28,189 nt of DNA, taken from Octopus sinensis. Lineage: Eukaryota. Below are positions 12,466 through 23,506 of this stretch, piece by piece (the stretch's first letter is position 1; each line of letters starts with the position of its first letter). The translations under genes and the position numbers were made by a program. Location of the stretch: positions 1-28,189 of the forward strand of contig NW_021834039.1 in assembly GCF_006345805.1 (NCBI RefSeq), in the 5' to 3' direction. A model generated the notes under the pieces. It had not been told where the DNA came from, did no database searches, and saw only the letters and a list, made by a program, of their open reading frames with translations.

Positions 12466-12629
12466 TCCTTACATGTGTAAAATATGTCTGAAAATCTAAT
12501 ATATTAAAAAGAGCAGAGTGCAGGTAGAAGAGCGAATCCGGCAGCACACCTGCGAAAGTCGAGTCTCGAACGTTGCAAGCGGGAGGTATGTTGCCGGGTG
12601 TGGCGGATGTGGTGGCAATTGATGAGACA

Positions 12630-13050
12630 AGTGTGGTGGTGTCGAGGGTGGTTTCGAGGGTGGTGATGGTGGTGGTAGTGGTGGTGGTGGAGCTGATGCC
12701 GATTGAAGTAGTGGTGATGTTTGTAGTGGAGTGACGATATCGGAGGTGTTGTTGGTGGTTGTGGAATTGCCATCTTGTAGGTTGTAGTAGGGCAGGTGGT
12801 AATACCCGAGGAAGGTGTGATAGTGTTTCTTAAAGCTATCGTATTTGGAATGGAAGCTAAGGTGGTGCAAGTGGAGGTTGTAGTGGCACTGGTGGAGGTG
12901 GTGATAGGGATGGTGGAAGTCGTACAGGAAATGCTGGAGGTCGTGGTAGTGCTGTTGGAGGCGGTCGTCGTGGCGTTGGATGTCGAGCTGTTGCTGCTGG
13001 CGGTCATGACCGAGGTCGTGGTCTTCATTGTAGGAGATGTGGTTGTGAGA
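12630..13050. repeat. GTG/GTN-rich degenerate trinucleotide low-complexity region
   Basis: It yields poly-Thr/His/Pro and poly-Val ORFs, and lies directly downstream of the PLE ORF on the minus strand. Confidence 0.75.
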
Positions 13051-13157
13051 TAAGGATGCCGGAGATCAGGACAGGTGGGAAAATGAGAGGTAGAATAAAG
13101 TCATTATCGTTGCTCAGACATGTGGGAATGGATAGTGACATGCGCAGACTTGTGTTG

Positions 13158-13885
13158 CTATAGTAACCAGTCTGTTTCGTGTAGTTCTTTGCTGTTGCTT
13201 AATGATGGTTTCAGGATAGACCCCTTGATTCGTAGGTTGCGTGTGTCACGTTCCGTGGATCTGATGGAAGCAGTAAAGGTCCGAGTTTGGCGCTTCTGCA
13301 GGTGTTTATGCACTGAAGTGTGCATGCAGACTTGTTCTTTGATGCGGATGTGCAGTTTCCTGATGATGTTCTCAACGTAGGACGCATAATATTTGTTGAA
13401 TTCCATCTCACATACCATGTAGGCACTTGAGCACATTCTAAAGCTTTTCATGGAACAACTGGACAGTGGACGCCCCACAATGCTGCTTGTAGTTCGATTT
13501 CTAGACGTAAATTTCCTCAAGGGTGGACCGACGTGCACCATTTGCATGTTTAGTCCCTCCCATCCTGAAGATCGCGTGACAGACTGCAGCGGTGGTTCTG
13601 TCATCGGCGTAGGGGAGTTTCAAAAAGTAGGTGTCAGTCATGGAAATATGAGCCTTCTTATCAAATTTATTAACCTTAGCGTTTTTATGTGCTGTTGTTT
13701 GGTGAAAGATTGTTGGAAGCCGTTGTTTTTTAGGATCTTATGGAACCGTTTGGTGTCAGCAGCTTTGTCAACTGTGTCGTTTTATCAGTCACTTATTCGT
13801 GAGATTTCATTTCGTATGTAGGTGGCTTTAGTTCAAGTGGGCAGCGGTGGTTTGTAGTGCACAAAGACAGTCATACTGGATTAAA
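13158..13885 (-). mobile_element. Penelope-like retroelement 3' fragment (RT thumb, linker and GIY-YIG endonuclease), pseudogenised and 5'-truncated
   Basis: Minus-strand frames give FVHYKPPLPT*TKATYIRNEISRI, FHKILKNNGF and FLKLPY. ORF 13158..13604 then reads MVCEMEFNKYYASYVENIIRKLHIRIKEQ..SVHKHL..ERDTRNLRIKGSI..PSL, matching the PLE pattern VVY..C..C...YVG.T.R.L..RI.EH....L.IKEAI.I...P.LN. Confidence 0.85.
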
Positions 13886-14841
13886 ATAGCCGTTATGTAT
13901 CATAATTTATCAATCGTTTATAATATCTACCATGGGCGTGCTGTGTTGTAAGTTAGCCTATGATGATGTATTCACATTAAGCATGATATATAAGTTGCTA
14001 TTTTAATCTAATACTACTTTTGTTGCATTTAACAGATTTTTATTCAATCGAACGGCTTTCCTATACATCATTTGTTAAGAATGTCAGTTAAGCATGCTGG
14101 ATGTGAGCAGACGCTATTGAAAATGTCCGACGAGAAAGAAATGCAATGGCATTCTCGCTCGCTGCAGTAAATATTTTCTTTTAAGCGGAACCCGTCCACA
14201 AGAGATATCATCTCCGGACGAATACCGCAGTAAATTTGCCTTTCACAATGTATTTACATTAAGTACGATACATAAACGACTGTTTAATTTAATACAACTC
14301 CTGCTGTACATAACAACTTTTTGTATTTATTATGTACGTTGCGCCATACATTTCAGGTAAATTGATATATTTATTAGCTGTGTCAAAAAAGCAGACACAA
14401 CTGTTGCTCTAAGCTGGTGGAATCTCACTTCTTGACTGGATTACAACCAACGATACTCTGCGTATATATGTACATTAATATGTATGCGTATACAAACACA
14501 CACACATACACATATATAAATATATGCGCATCCCACATAAATCTAACTAAAATAGAAGCTTACTTACACATCGCAAAATGCATTTAGACAGACCTTAAAG
14601 AGACGACTGCTTTGCTTGTTTATGTCTATGTATTTTAATTTGTATGTGTGTGTGTGTGTTTGTGTATTTACTATATATATTTTGTATGTTTTGTTTTCCT
14701 TTTAAAGTATTGTATGTTTAGGCTAACCCATGTTTGAAAGTACCTTATCAGTTGCCTACTTAGATTCGTGCGCTATAAAGTACTGCAGAGATAATATGGT
14801 ATGACACCAGCAGCCGCCGTATGGCCGGTTAAATTAATATA

Positions 14842-14844
<3 letters not shown>

Positions 14845-14922
<78 letters not shown>

Positions 14923-15000
14923 GACATACATATATATACTCTCTCTCTCTATATATATATATATATACATACATACATTCATACATATATATGTATATAT
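14845..15000. repeat. CT/TCTA/TA microsatellites
   Basis: Directly visible. Confidence 0.9.
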
Positions 15001-15020
15001 GCATATAATTATATATGCTA

Positions 15021-15314
15021 TGTTACGGGGACGTAAACATAGCAGCTCCGGTTATCAAGGTTGTCAAGCGGTAGTGTGGGACAAACACAGACAAAAATAC
15101 ATACAAATACAAATACACACAAGCACATACACACACACACACACACACATACATACACACACACAAACATATATACATATATGACGGGCTTCTTTCAGTT
15201 TCCATCTACCAAATCCACTCACAAAGCTTTGGCTGACCCGAGGCTATAGTAGAAGACACTTGCTCAAGGTGCTACAAAGTAGAACTGAACCTGGAACCAA
15301 GTGGTTGGGAAGCA
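15021..15314 (-). mobile_element. SINE family B (5'-truncated head 15181-15314, internal CA tract, probable 3' module 15021-15095)
   Basis: The reverse complement has ggttccaggttcagttc (B-box-like), caccttgagcaagtgtcttctactatagcctcggg and gtgagtggatttggtagatggaaactgaaagaagcccgtc. It is homologous to 3137-3292 and 16452-16554. Confidence 0.8.
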
Positions 15315-16451
15315 CAGATCAATAAACCCATAATCTCACAGATCAATAAACCTATAATCGAATTCAAAAGTTTCCCACTCGCCACAGTCCCATCTTTTAA
15401 CACATAATCCAGATCTTTTAACCTCAGATCTTAACAACATTGCCATAATTTTCCATAGTGTCCCTTTTTTTATTATTAAATAAAGAAGAAAACACTATAA
15501 AAAAACTCGATCATGCTGTGTGCCATGGCGCCAATTACTGTAAAAGAGATAATCACTTCCAGATTAATTATGTCGGCTGAGAAGCTTCAATTTTAAATCG
15601 AAGAGTAACAAAAAAGAGCTACAGAATATACATATTAAATATATATATTTTTCCACTCATTGCGAAAGCTCTTAAATTTTGCAGTCATAGAAAGTCATGT
15701 ATTGTGCCGTTTCATCCATGTCTGAAATTGTCAGCGTGACATAACCCTAGGTTAATAGATTACACCAAATCAAATATTTTACGAAGCGAGACAGCTTAGT
15801 AAGATGTTACAAGAAGACGGGATGCTGGTGGCTGGAAATGATGCTGATTGTAAATCAACTCAGTCATCGCCAGCCCGGAGTTAAAAACAAAACAAAACAA
15901 AAGAATAGCAACAACAACAACAACAACAGTGACTAATGTTTTAATCATTGCGGTCTCCGCCCAAATGAAGTCTATAAAGTGAAGTTTATAAAGGCGGGTG
16001 GGATTGAGATTGCAAGCATTTTAAAGCCGAGTTTGATCTCGTTTATCACGAAGGAGGCGGACAACTCCGTTATGTTTCTGGTGTCTTGAGTTTGCAAGAA
16101 TATTGTAAGACGAAGCCCAAATCTGACAACAGAGTCAGCCCTTATGATTAGTGTCACATCAAACTGGCTCTGGATGGAAGTCTTTACAGAACAAACAGCA
16201 ACAACAAGAACAACAACATATACCAGAAGGTAATAAAGAAGTAGTAAAGAGACGAGCAGGGTTTGACAAGAGCGAAATACAAGCAATTGAAAGAGATGGC
16301 GACCGCGAAGCCAGTCTGCTCTATGGGAATACAGCGCATGCGTACGTGCGTGCGTGTGTATGAGCGCGCGCACCCGTGTTGTGTGTGTTGTAAGATTATT
16401 CACATACGCACACATAATTTATAGATTAGAAACACACACACACACACACAC

Positions 16452-16554
16452 ATACGACGGCCTTCTTTCAGTTCCAGTCTATTCAATCCACTCACAAGGC
16501 TTCGGTCTGACACTTGTTCGGGGACTGAACCAGGAACCATCTGGTTGGAAAGCA
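16452..16554 (-). mobile_element. SINE family B, internally deleted copy
   Basis: gacggccttctttcagttcc..aatccactcacaaggcttcgg..gactgaaccaggaaccatctggttggaaagca aligns to 15181-15314. Confidence 0.8.
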
Positions 16555-17056
16555 GTATGTATGTATGTATGTATGTATGTATGTATGTATATATATTGTA
16601 TGACTGAGCGCCCTCGCGTCGTTTCGTTTCTTTTCTTTTCTTCAAGTAAGTTTTTATATATAATTATGACGCGAAACTCTGTAACCCTTTGCTTGACCTT
16701 TCCTTCCTTCCTATCTGTCTTCCCCTTTGCCTGTCTCTCTCCTTCTTATTTTTCACCCTTTCTGGTTTCCTTTCCTCTCAACATATATCTCTCTCACTGC
16801 CGACCAACTTCCTTTCACTCCAGCCTTCTACAAATCAACACGACTTTTTTCCTTGCGCTCTGAATTTTTCCATCGTCTAGGCTTAAAAAAAGGCCCTCAA
16901 TGTTGGTTTCTTTGTCCTGTTTTTATTCTTTATGTGTACTGTATTTTTTTGTATTTGTATTTTTATTTTGTATTCGTATTTTTATTTGTATTTTTATTTG
17001 TATTGCTTTTACGTCCTGTTCTTGTCACATTTTTTTCTTCCCTTGTTTTTACCCCT

Positions 17057-17088
17057 CTGCAAAGGAATTTTATTTAATTCCTTTGCAG
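17057..17088. other. Perfect 13-bp hairpin
   Basis: ctgcaaaggaatt (17057-17069) / ttattt loop / aattcctttgcag (17076-17088). Confidence 0.9.
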
Positions 17089-17094
17089 GAAGGG

Positions 17095-17170
17095 CCAGTT
17101 CGACGGGTCGTGTTCTGTCCTTACCTTCGAAACACGCATGGAGTCGAACCGGGGACAGCTGATGAAGAGG
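17095..17170 (+). ncRNA. Candidate non-circularly permuted (pseudoknotted) hammerhead ribozyme
   Basis: CUGAUGA 17159-17165, GAAA 17129-17132, GUU cleavage triplet 17112-17114. Stem I is ctgtcctt 17115-17122 / ggggacag 17151-17158. Stem III is cgtgt 17109-17113 / acacg 17132-17136. Stem II is cttc 17125-17128 / gagg 17167-17170. An extra helix is gttcgac 17098-17104 / gtcgaac 17143-17149. Confidence 0.65.
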
Positions 17171-17289
17171 AATGTTCCTTGTGTTGTTTGTCTTGTGCTC
17201 TGTTTTTTCGTTGTTAAAAAAAGTCCGTTTCCATGTTTTTATGTTTTCGTTTCTCATTGAGTTCTACGTCTATTTGTGGGTGTCCTGTA

Positions 17290-17292
<3 letters not shown>

Positions 17293-17364
<72 letters not shown>

Positions 17365-17505
17365 TATACATGTATACATTTTTTAACACATACATGCACG
17401 CAACACACAATACATACATACCTACATACATACATACATAAATACATACATACATACATACATACATACATACATACATACATACATACATACATACATA
17501 CATAC
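17293..17505. repeat. TA and (ACAT)n microsatellites
   Basis: Directly visible. Confidence 0.9.
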
Positions 17506-17908
17506 AATAATGTATACGATTGAAATAATTCGCTGTTTGCAGCAGATCGCAAACAAATCTCAAAATTTGGGAGAAAACCGTTCAAAGAATTTCTTTCACC
17601 ATTTCCATCCAAGACATTTCTGCTATATTTACTTCTCTTCATTTTTTCCTTTTGACACGTTCAGTTCGTGTTTTTTGTTGTTTTTTTCTTTGTTATTGCT
17701 GTTGTTGTTATAGTTGTCTTTGATTTATTTTATTTATATTTTCCTTCTTTCTTTTGTTTTTTTTTTTATTCTATTCTATTTCGCTTTCTTCCTATTAAAT
17801 CTTTTGTATATGAAATAAGCGTTTTTTATCGGGCAAATTACTTTTCCAGTAACAACGAACTGTCTGAAGTGTTTTTTTTTTCTTCAGATTTTATAGAGAA
17901 CTTAAGGA

Positions 17909-17911
<3 letters not shown>

Positions 17912-17957
<46 letters not shown>

Positions 17958-18058
17958 ATGAGGTAGAGATGGGGAGAGAGAGAAGGGGGTGGCTCTGGCT
18001 ACTTCACCTAACTTCGAGATTTTATATACGAGTGGTAGCTGTATACATTCTCTGTCTG

Positions 18059-18129
<71 letters not shown>

Positions 18130-18132
18130 GTC

Positions 18133-18167
<35 letters not shown>

Positions 18168-18198
18168 GTCTGTCTGTCTTTCTGTCTATTTATCTACA

Positions 18199-18242
<44 letters not shown>

Positions 18243-18260
18243 CATACATACATACACACA
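17912..18260. repeat. (GA)n and (TCTA/TCTG)n microsatellites
   Basis: Directly visible. Confidence 0.9.
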
Positions 18261-18289
18261 TCCATTGCTAGAAAGGATCATTGAAATGA

Positions 18290-18505
18290 GTCAATGTGGA
18301 TGCAATGTGAGTCCCTTGTATGACTCTTGAGTCCGGCGAAAGTTTTTCACATTCTATTACGTAATGCACAGCTGTCCTGACTGGCAGAAGGTAAAGGTGC
18401 CACAGCATGAACTCTTTTGACATGCCTTTTCAAGACTCCACCTGAGAGGCACACCTTTCCACAAGGTTCCACAAGGTTCTGTTGTGAACTATAGCCATAT
18501 CACAA
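18290..18505 (-). mobile_element. RTE-clade LINE 3' end fragment with decayed C2H2 finger
   Basis: The minus strand gives NRTLW..LWKGV followed by [21 protein letters not shown], resembling the terminal C-x2-C..GLxSHxRxH finger of RTE ORFs. Confidence 0.6.
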
Positions 18506-18519
18506 TTCACCATGGTGTG

Positions 18520-18550
<31 letters not shown>

Positions 18551-18848
18551 TGTGTGTGTGTGTAATCCTCACTTGGAGGAAAGAAATTCCCTATTGGTTA
18601 TTCGCTGAAGGAGAGAAGGTACTGTAACTGTTTCTAGCATTTGTTTATGAAATGAAGGTGGTTTTATTTGCGCTGGCGAATTGAAGTTTTTAAAAGTTAA
18701 GAGAATATAAAGAAATGTTTTCGGAGAAATTTTATTAATATAATAAATTTAAAAGATATATATTTTCTCTGTTTAAATTGTGGTGAAACACAAGTTGAAG
18801 AGAAACGGGGAGGTTTATGTAACAGCGGGTAAATATTTTAGTTAAAAA

Positions 18849-19211
18849 GACCCGAAATTCTGGGGGAGGGGGCCAGTCGATTAGCTCGACACCAGTTCGC
18901 AACTGGTACTTAATTTATCGATCCTGAAAGGATGAAAGGCAAAATCGACCTCGGCGGAATTTGAACCCAGAACGTAAAGGTAGACGAAATACCTATTTCT
19001 TTACTACCCATAAGGGGCTAAACACAGAGGGGACAAACAAGGACAGACACACGGATTAAGTCGATTATATCGACTCCAGTGCGTAACTGGTGCTAATTTA
19101 TCGACCCCGAAAGGATGAAAGGTAAAGTCGACCTCGGCGGAATTTGAACTCAGAACGTAGCGGCAGACGATATACCGCTCGGCGTGCTAACCACTCTGCC
19201 ACCTCGCCGCT
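18849..19211 (-). mobile_element. tRNA-derived SINE family A, dimeric, best-preserved copy
   Basis: The reverse complement starts gcggcgaggTGGCAGAGTGGttagc (A box) with gaGTTCAAATTCC (B box). It has two copies of gaggtcgac/attttgcctttcatcctttc.g..tcgataaatta..accag, which resembles the Nin/Deu central SINE domain. Confidence 0.9.
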
Positions 19212-20093
19212 TTATGAACTTCAACAATTATAACTCCCCCTCGTCTTATTGTGACTTAATATGGCGTGTCCACTTTATCATAAAATTATATATCAATATG
19301 CTTGTGCGCAGATGTGAGCATGATAACTGATATATGCGTCAACGGGAATAAAAGTGTTTGAACCTCGTAAGCAGATGTAAACTAGGTTATTTTACCACCA
19401 GGAGCATATATGGAGGTCAATGGTTTGTAAGTAAAGGATGTGTAAAACCAGCCCACGTGATCTGTAGTATTCGTCTTTTTCTCTTTACATCTGCCATTCA
19501 TTTTCATTTGTGTTCATAAACATACGTGTGTGTATGGACATCAGCAGCTGTATGTTTGTGTATGTGAGTATATTTTGAGTGTTGTTCGGTCGGTGTATAC
19601 GCATCTGTATATAAGTTCATGTTTGTTTTTTCGTTTTTGGTTTTTCCTTATAATTACTTGAATAATTAGCATCCAAACGCCTGTATCTTAGTGGGAGTAT
19701 GGATGCGTGTGCACTTGCTTTAATTGGCTAATTTTTAGGTCGATTCGTATGTAAACAGAATGGGAGTTCCCGTCAATATGTGCAAGCGTGCATCCTGTGT
19801 GATTACAATGGTAAATAAAAGATGCAAATATAAACGATACTTTATCAAAATCCCTTAAATAATCATTATCAATGATCTCCCTTCAACAATTCATTCTTTC
19901 AAAATAATTCAAGGTTAAGTCTAAGAATCACTTCCGGCGTAAACATATTCCATAAATTGCTCTAAAATACTTACCTTCCACGCAATTTCATTTTTATAGA
20001 AACATTTTTCTTGTTGTATTGCATCAAAAGGTCTCCATGCAGTTATTTAGGAACCTTCAGTAATTCTTTTTGGGAACAGTGAATCTGGAAATG

Positions 20094-20225
20094 GAGGTCG
20101 ACTTTGCCTTTCATCCCTATTTCGGAGTCGATGGAATAAGGATCAGTCAAGTACTGGGGTCGATATAATCGATTCGCTCCCTCCGCCCAAATTTCAGGCC
20201 ACGTGCCTATAGTAGAAAGGATTAA
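20094..20225 (+). mobile_element. SINE family A, 5'-truncated
   Basis: gaggtcgactttgcctttcatcc..gtcgat..gtactggggtcgatataatcga..caaatttcagg matches the 18849-19211 element. Confidence 0.8.
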
Positions 20226-20236
20226 GTTATCTGTAC

Positions 20237-20440
20237 GGCGACGGCGCCGGAAAATGGGCAAAGCGCTATTTCTTTCGTCCATACGTTCTGTGTTCAAGTT
20301 CCGCCACAGTCGACTTTACCTTTCACCCCTTTCAGGGTCGATAAAGCAAGTGCCAGTTGAGCATTAGAGTCGGTGTAACCAACCAGCCACTCCGCCCCCA
20401 AATTTCGGACCTTGTGCTTATAATAGAAACAATTATTGTT
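20237..20440 (+). mobile_element. SINE family A, second adjacent copy, followed by (TATT)n
   Basis: tacgttctgtgttcaagttccgcc..gtcgactttacctttcacccctttcagggtcgataaa..ccagttg..caaatttcggaccttgtgc. Confidence 0.8.
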
Positions 20441-20467
20441 TATATTTATATTTTTACTTATCTATAT

Positions 20468-20510
<43 letters not shown>

Positions 20511-21450
20511 TTGTCTGCACAAACCGTTATTTTCTCGCCTCCAAACTTTAACAAAAAGAAAAAATCTTTTGGGGTTATTTTTCGAAATTATGCTGATCCA
20601 GATCTTGTTTCTCATTGGCGAAAATTCTATCTTTATTTCTTTTCCTCTTTTTTCTTTTGTTTTTTCTTTCATTTACAAGCAAATTTCTCGTTCTGCCTTG
20701 TTTTACTAAAGTTTTAAAAAGTATTCTTTTCTTTACAACGAAAAATTTCTAATTCTTGCCTGGTTTCATTGAAGTTTGCTCTTAAAATGTTATTTTTTGC
20801 AGAAAGTTTCTGAGATGTGACAGTTGAATACGACAGAAACATGTAACATGATCTATCAACTCAAGTGGTACGAGGTGGAAGAAATCTTAGATATTTTTTA
20901 TTTTGAATTCTTACATGTTGTGTAATTTGTTTTCCCGTGTGTGTATACGTGTATGTATGTATGTATGTATGTATGTATGTATGTATGTATGTATGTATGT
21001 ATGTAGTATGTATGTATGTATGTATGTACGTTTCTATGAATGCATACACACACACACTCACATGAAATGAATATATGTATATATTCTAATGTTCTTGAAA
21101 GAACTCAATACATTTTGTAGAGTATATCATTTATTTAAACTAAATACTTTTTCTTGCGATTCTGGTGTCACACCACTGTAGGACTGCAAGATAAAAAAAC
21201 GATTTACACATACAAGCCACACACAAGTCACACACATACACATACACACGCACAAATACAGATCTTTATGAATGTATGTGTGCATTCGGCCATCATCGGA
21301 CAATGATGGGTAACCGGCCAAAATTTTGAAATTACTGTCAACACTATTTTTGTTAAAGAATAAATTTGTACTCTACAATAGTTTGGAATAATTCTTCAGA
21401 TTAAGTTAAAATTACTTTTATTATAACTAAACGTAAAAACAAGCATTGTA

Positions 21451-21501
<51 letters not shown>

Positions 21502-21509
21502 ACACAGAC

Positions 21510-21722
21510 TTATGTGGTAAAGACGCGTGGTCTATTAGTTAGGCTGTTGTACTTACGATCGATACCTAGACCGGGCGACGCGAGTAAAACACTTCACGTT
21601 GCTCCAGGGTGAGGAACGTTGGCCAATTCACCCGCCCCCAGCCAGCGGGGTGGCGTCATTCGAAGGCTAAATGCTACAAAGAGCATTGTGACAACATCTG
21701 ACCGTCTGGTTGGTCACGTGAT
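21510..21722 (+). mobile_element. Probable third tRNA-derived SINE family, internally deleted
   Basis: A-box-like gcgtggtctattagttagg, remnant B box tcgatacc, GC-rich body and a (TCTA)n tail. Family recognition is from memory of cephalopod repeats only. Confidence 0.5.
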
Positions 21723-21725
21723 ATC

Positions 21726-21757
<32 letters not shown>

Positions 21758-21759
21758 AT

Positions 21760-21796
<37 letters not shown>

Positions 21797-22332
21797 ATAT
21801 ATATATAATATATTATATATATATATATATATAGATATATATATATAATATAATATATATATATGTAAACATGTATGTATGTGTGCATAATGTATATATG
21901 GTGTGGGCTCCTCGATCATAAACGACAGATGGAGATTCTGCCAGTTTATTGTCGAACATACTGGGCGAGCGATTAGTTTATTGTAGTGAAATGCTTATGT
22001 TGTACATTAGTTTAGTTCAGCCGTTCCATCAAATCGACATTAACTCTGCTGATGCACAAGTGTGCCACGTATCAGTTGTCGAAGTGATTGCAGAATAGAT
22101 TGGAAATATTAGGCTTAGCCTACCTCAATTACATCGATCCCAGTGCTCAAACGGTGCACGCACATACAAAAATACAAAGTAAAACAATTCCATATATTTA
22201 GTCTGCTGGAATGAATAGATAAGTCAACAGGTAAGTTTTTAATGTCAAACTTTTCCCCGGCCATATTTGGCTCGTAACTTATAAATGAAAATTTACTGCA
22301 TAAATTTGTAATTCATTTATTGAGCATTCATG

Positions 22333-22352
22333 GAAACAGCTGTAGGGAGAAA
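22333..22352 (+). other. 3' half of a PLE-type hammerhead (GAAAC-agct-GTA-gggag)
   Basis: Same GAAACAGCTGT as at 8447 and 10369; no intact CUGANGA upstream. Confidence 0.35.
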
Positions 22353-22544
22353 GGATTATCAAGTTATTAATAAATAAACATTCACCACCAACTCTTCCTT
22401 TTCTTCTCTTAATTTAATAAGGATTAAATACTTATTACATACCTACTTTATAAGCGAAATTATATTTCCCAAAGACATAAGGGATAGAACCAGGGGTTCC
22501 TTGAATGTAATCGTCCCTTTAAGAGGTTAATATATCCTCTAATT

Positions 22545-22579
22545 AACTTATATATATATATATGTATGTACGTATGTGC

Positions 22580-22611
<32 letters not shown>

Positions 22612-23122
22612 GTGCGCGTTGAGTGTGAGTGTATATATGTATATATATATATACATATACATATATATATATTTATAGTTATATTTATATTTATATGTAT
22701 GTATGTATACACACATACACACACACACACACGCACATATATGTATGTATGTGGACACAAGTATAAGTTTACATGTATGCGTGCGTGAGTGCATGTGTAT
22801 GTGTGTTTACAGAGGAATTCCTTTTTTTTCCACTTTGTCTTTGTTGATATGTTGGTTTGTTGCTGTTCTCTAAAACCCGTCAAGACTATTCTAACGGCTA
22901 CAATATGGCATCAATTAAAAAAATGTTTCTAATTTACTTGAAGTGGTTCTCATTATTGGCATAGATTCTTCTTCTTCTTCTTCTTCTTCTTCTTCTTCTT
23001 CTTCTTCTTCTTCTTCTTCTTCTTCTTCTTCTTCCTTCTTCTTCTTCTTCTCCCTCTTCTCCTTCTTCTCCTCCTCCTCCTTCTTCTCCTTTTTCTCCTT
23101 ATCCTTCGCCTTCTCCTCATCT
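22545..23122. repeat. TA/CA and (TTC)n microsatellites
   Basis: Directly visible. Confidence 0.85.
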
Positions 23123-23443
23123 TGAATAGATGTGTATTCGAGGTGCAGCGAATAAATCGTTTACTTGGAAAAGAGATTTCGTTGTTGAATCTAATGTTAG
23201 TGTTTCGGGTTTTTTTATTTTAAGGCGTGTAGACTTATAACCATCTCAGCCGTGATCATCTCATCTGTCACTTATTCAGACATAATTCATCTTTATTCTG
23301 TTCTTGTTTTAAGACTACACCATACCCTCACTGTAAGACCATCCACCCCACCGCCCACGAAAAACAGACAAAGAAATAAAGAATAAGAAAACCAAGTGCG
23401 TAGCGGTACCAAAGTTTTAATTTTTGAAAAAATTCAGTTGTAA

Positions 23444-23506
<63 letters not shown>

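Larger units (their letters stand above)
16598..17293 (+). mobile_element. Probable dispersed repeat (PLE pLTR/retrozyme-like block) carrying a structured RNA
   Basis: Pyrimidine/T-rich block bounded by microsatellites. It contains the hammerhead-like core, a 13-bp hairpin and a second GAAAC-tct-GTA half motif near 16673. Repeat status is inferred. Confidence 0.45.

Noticed and set aside
12504-13053. Mucin-like Thr-rich or Val-rich ORFs
   Set aside because: Open in several frames on both strands, which is typical of degenerate triplet repeats.
15313-15359. 24-bp tandem duplication at a SINE junction (similarly 10 bp at ~18457-18477, and 9-bp x4 at ~2513-2548)
   Set aside because: Ordinary slippage duplications with no sign of function.
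19140-19211. tRNA gene
   Set aside because: The A/B boxes belong to a SINE head, and no cloverleaf or anticodon arm can be formed.
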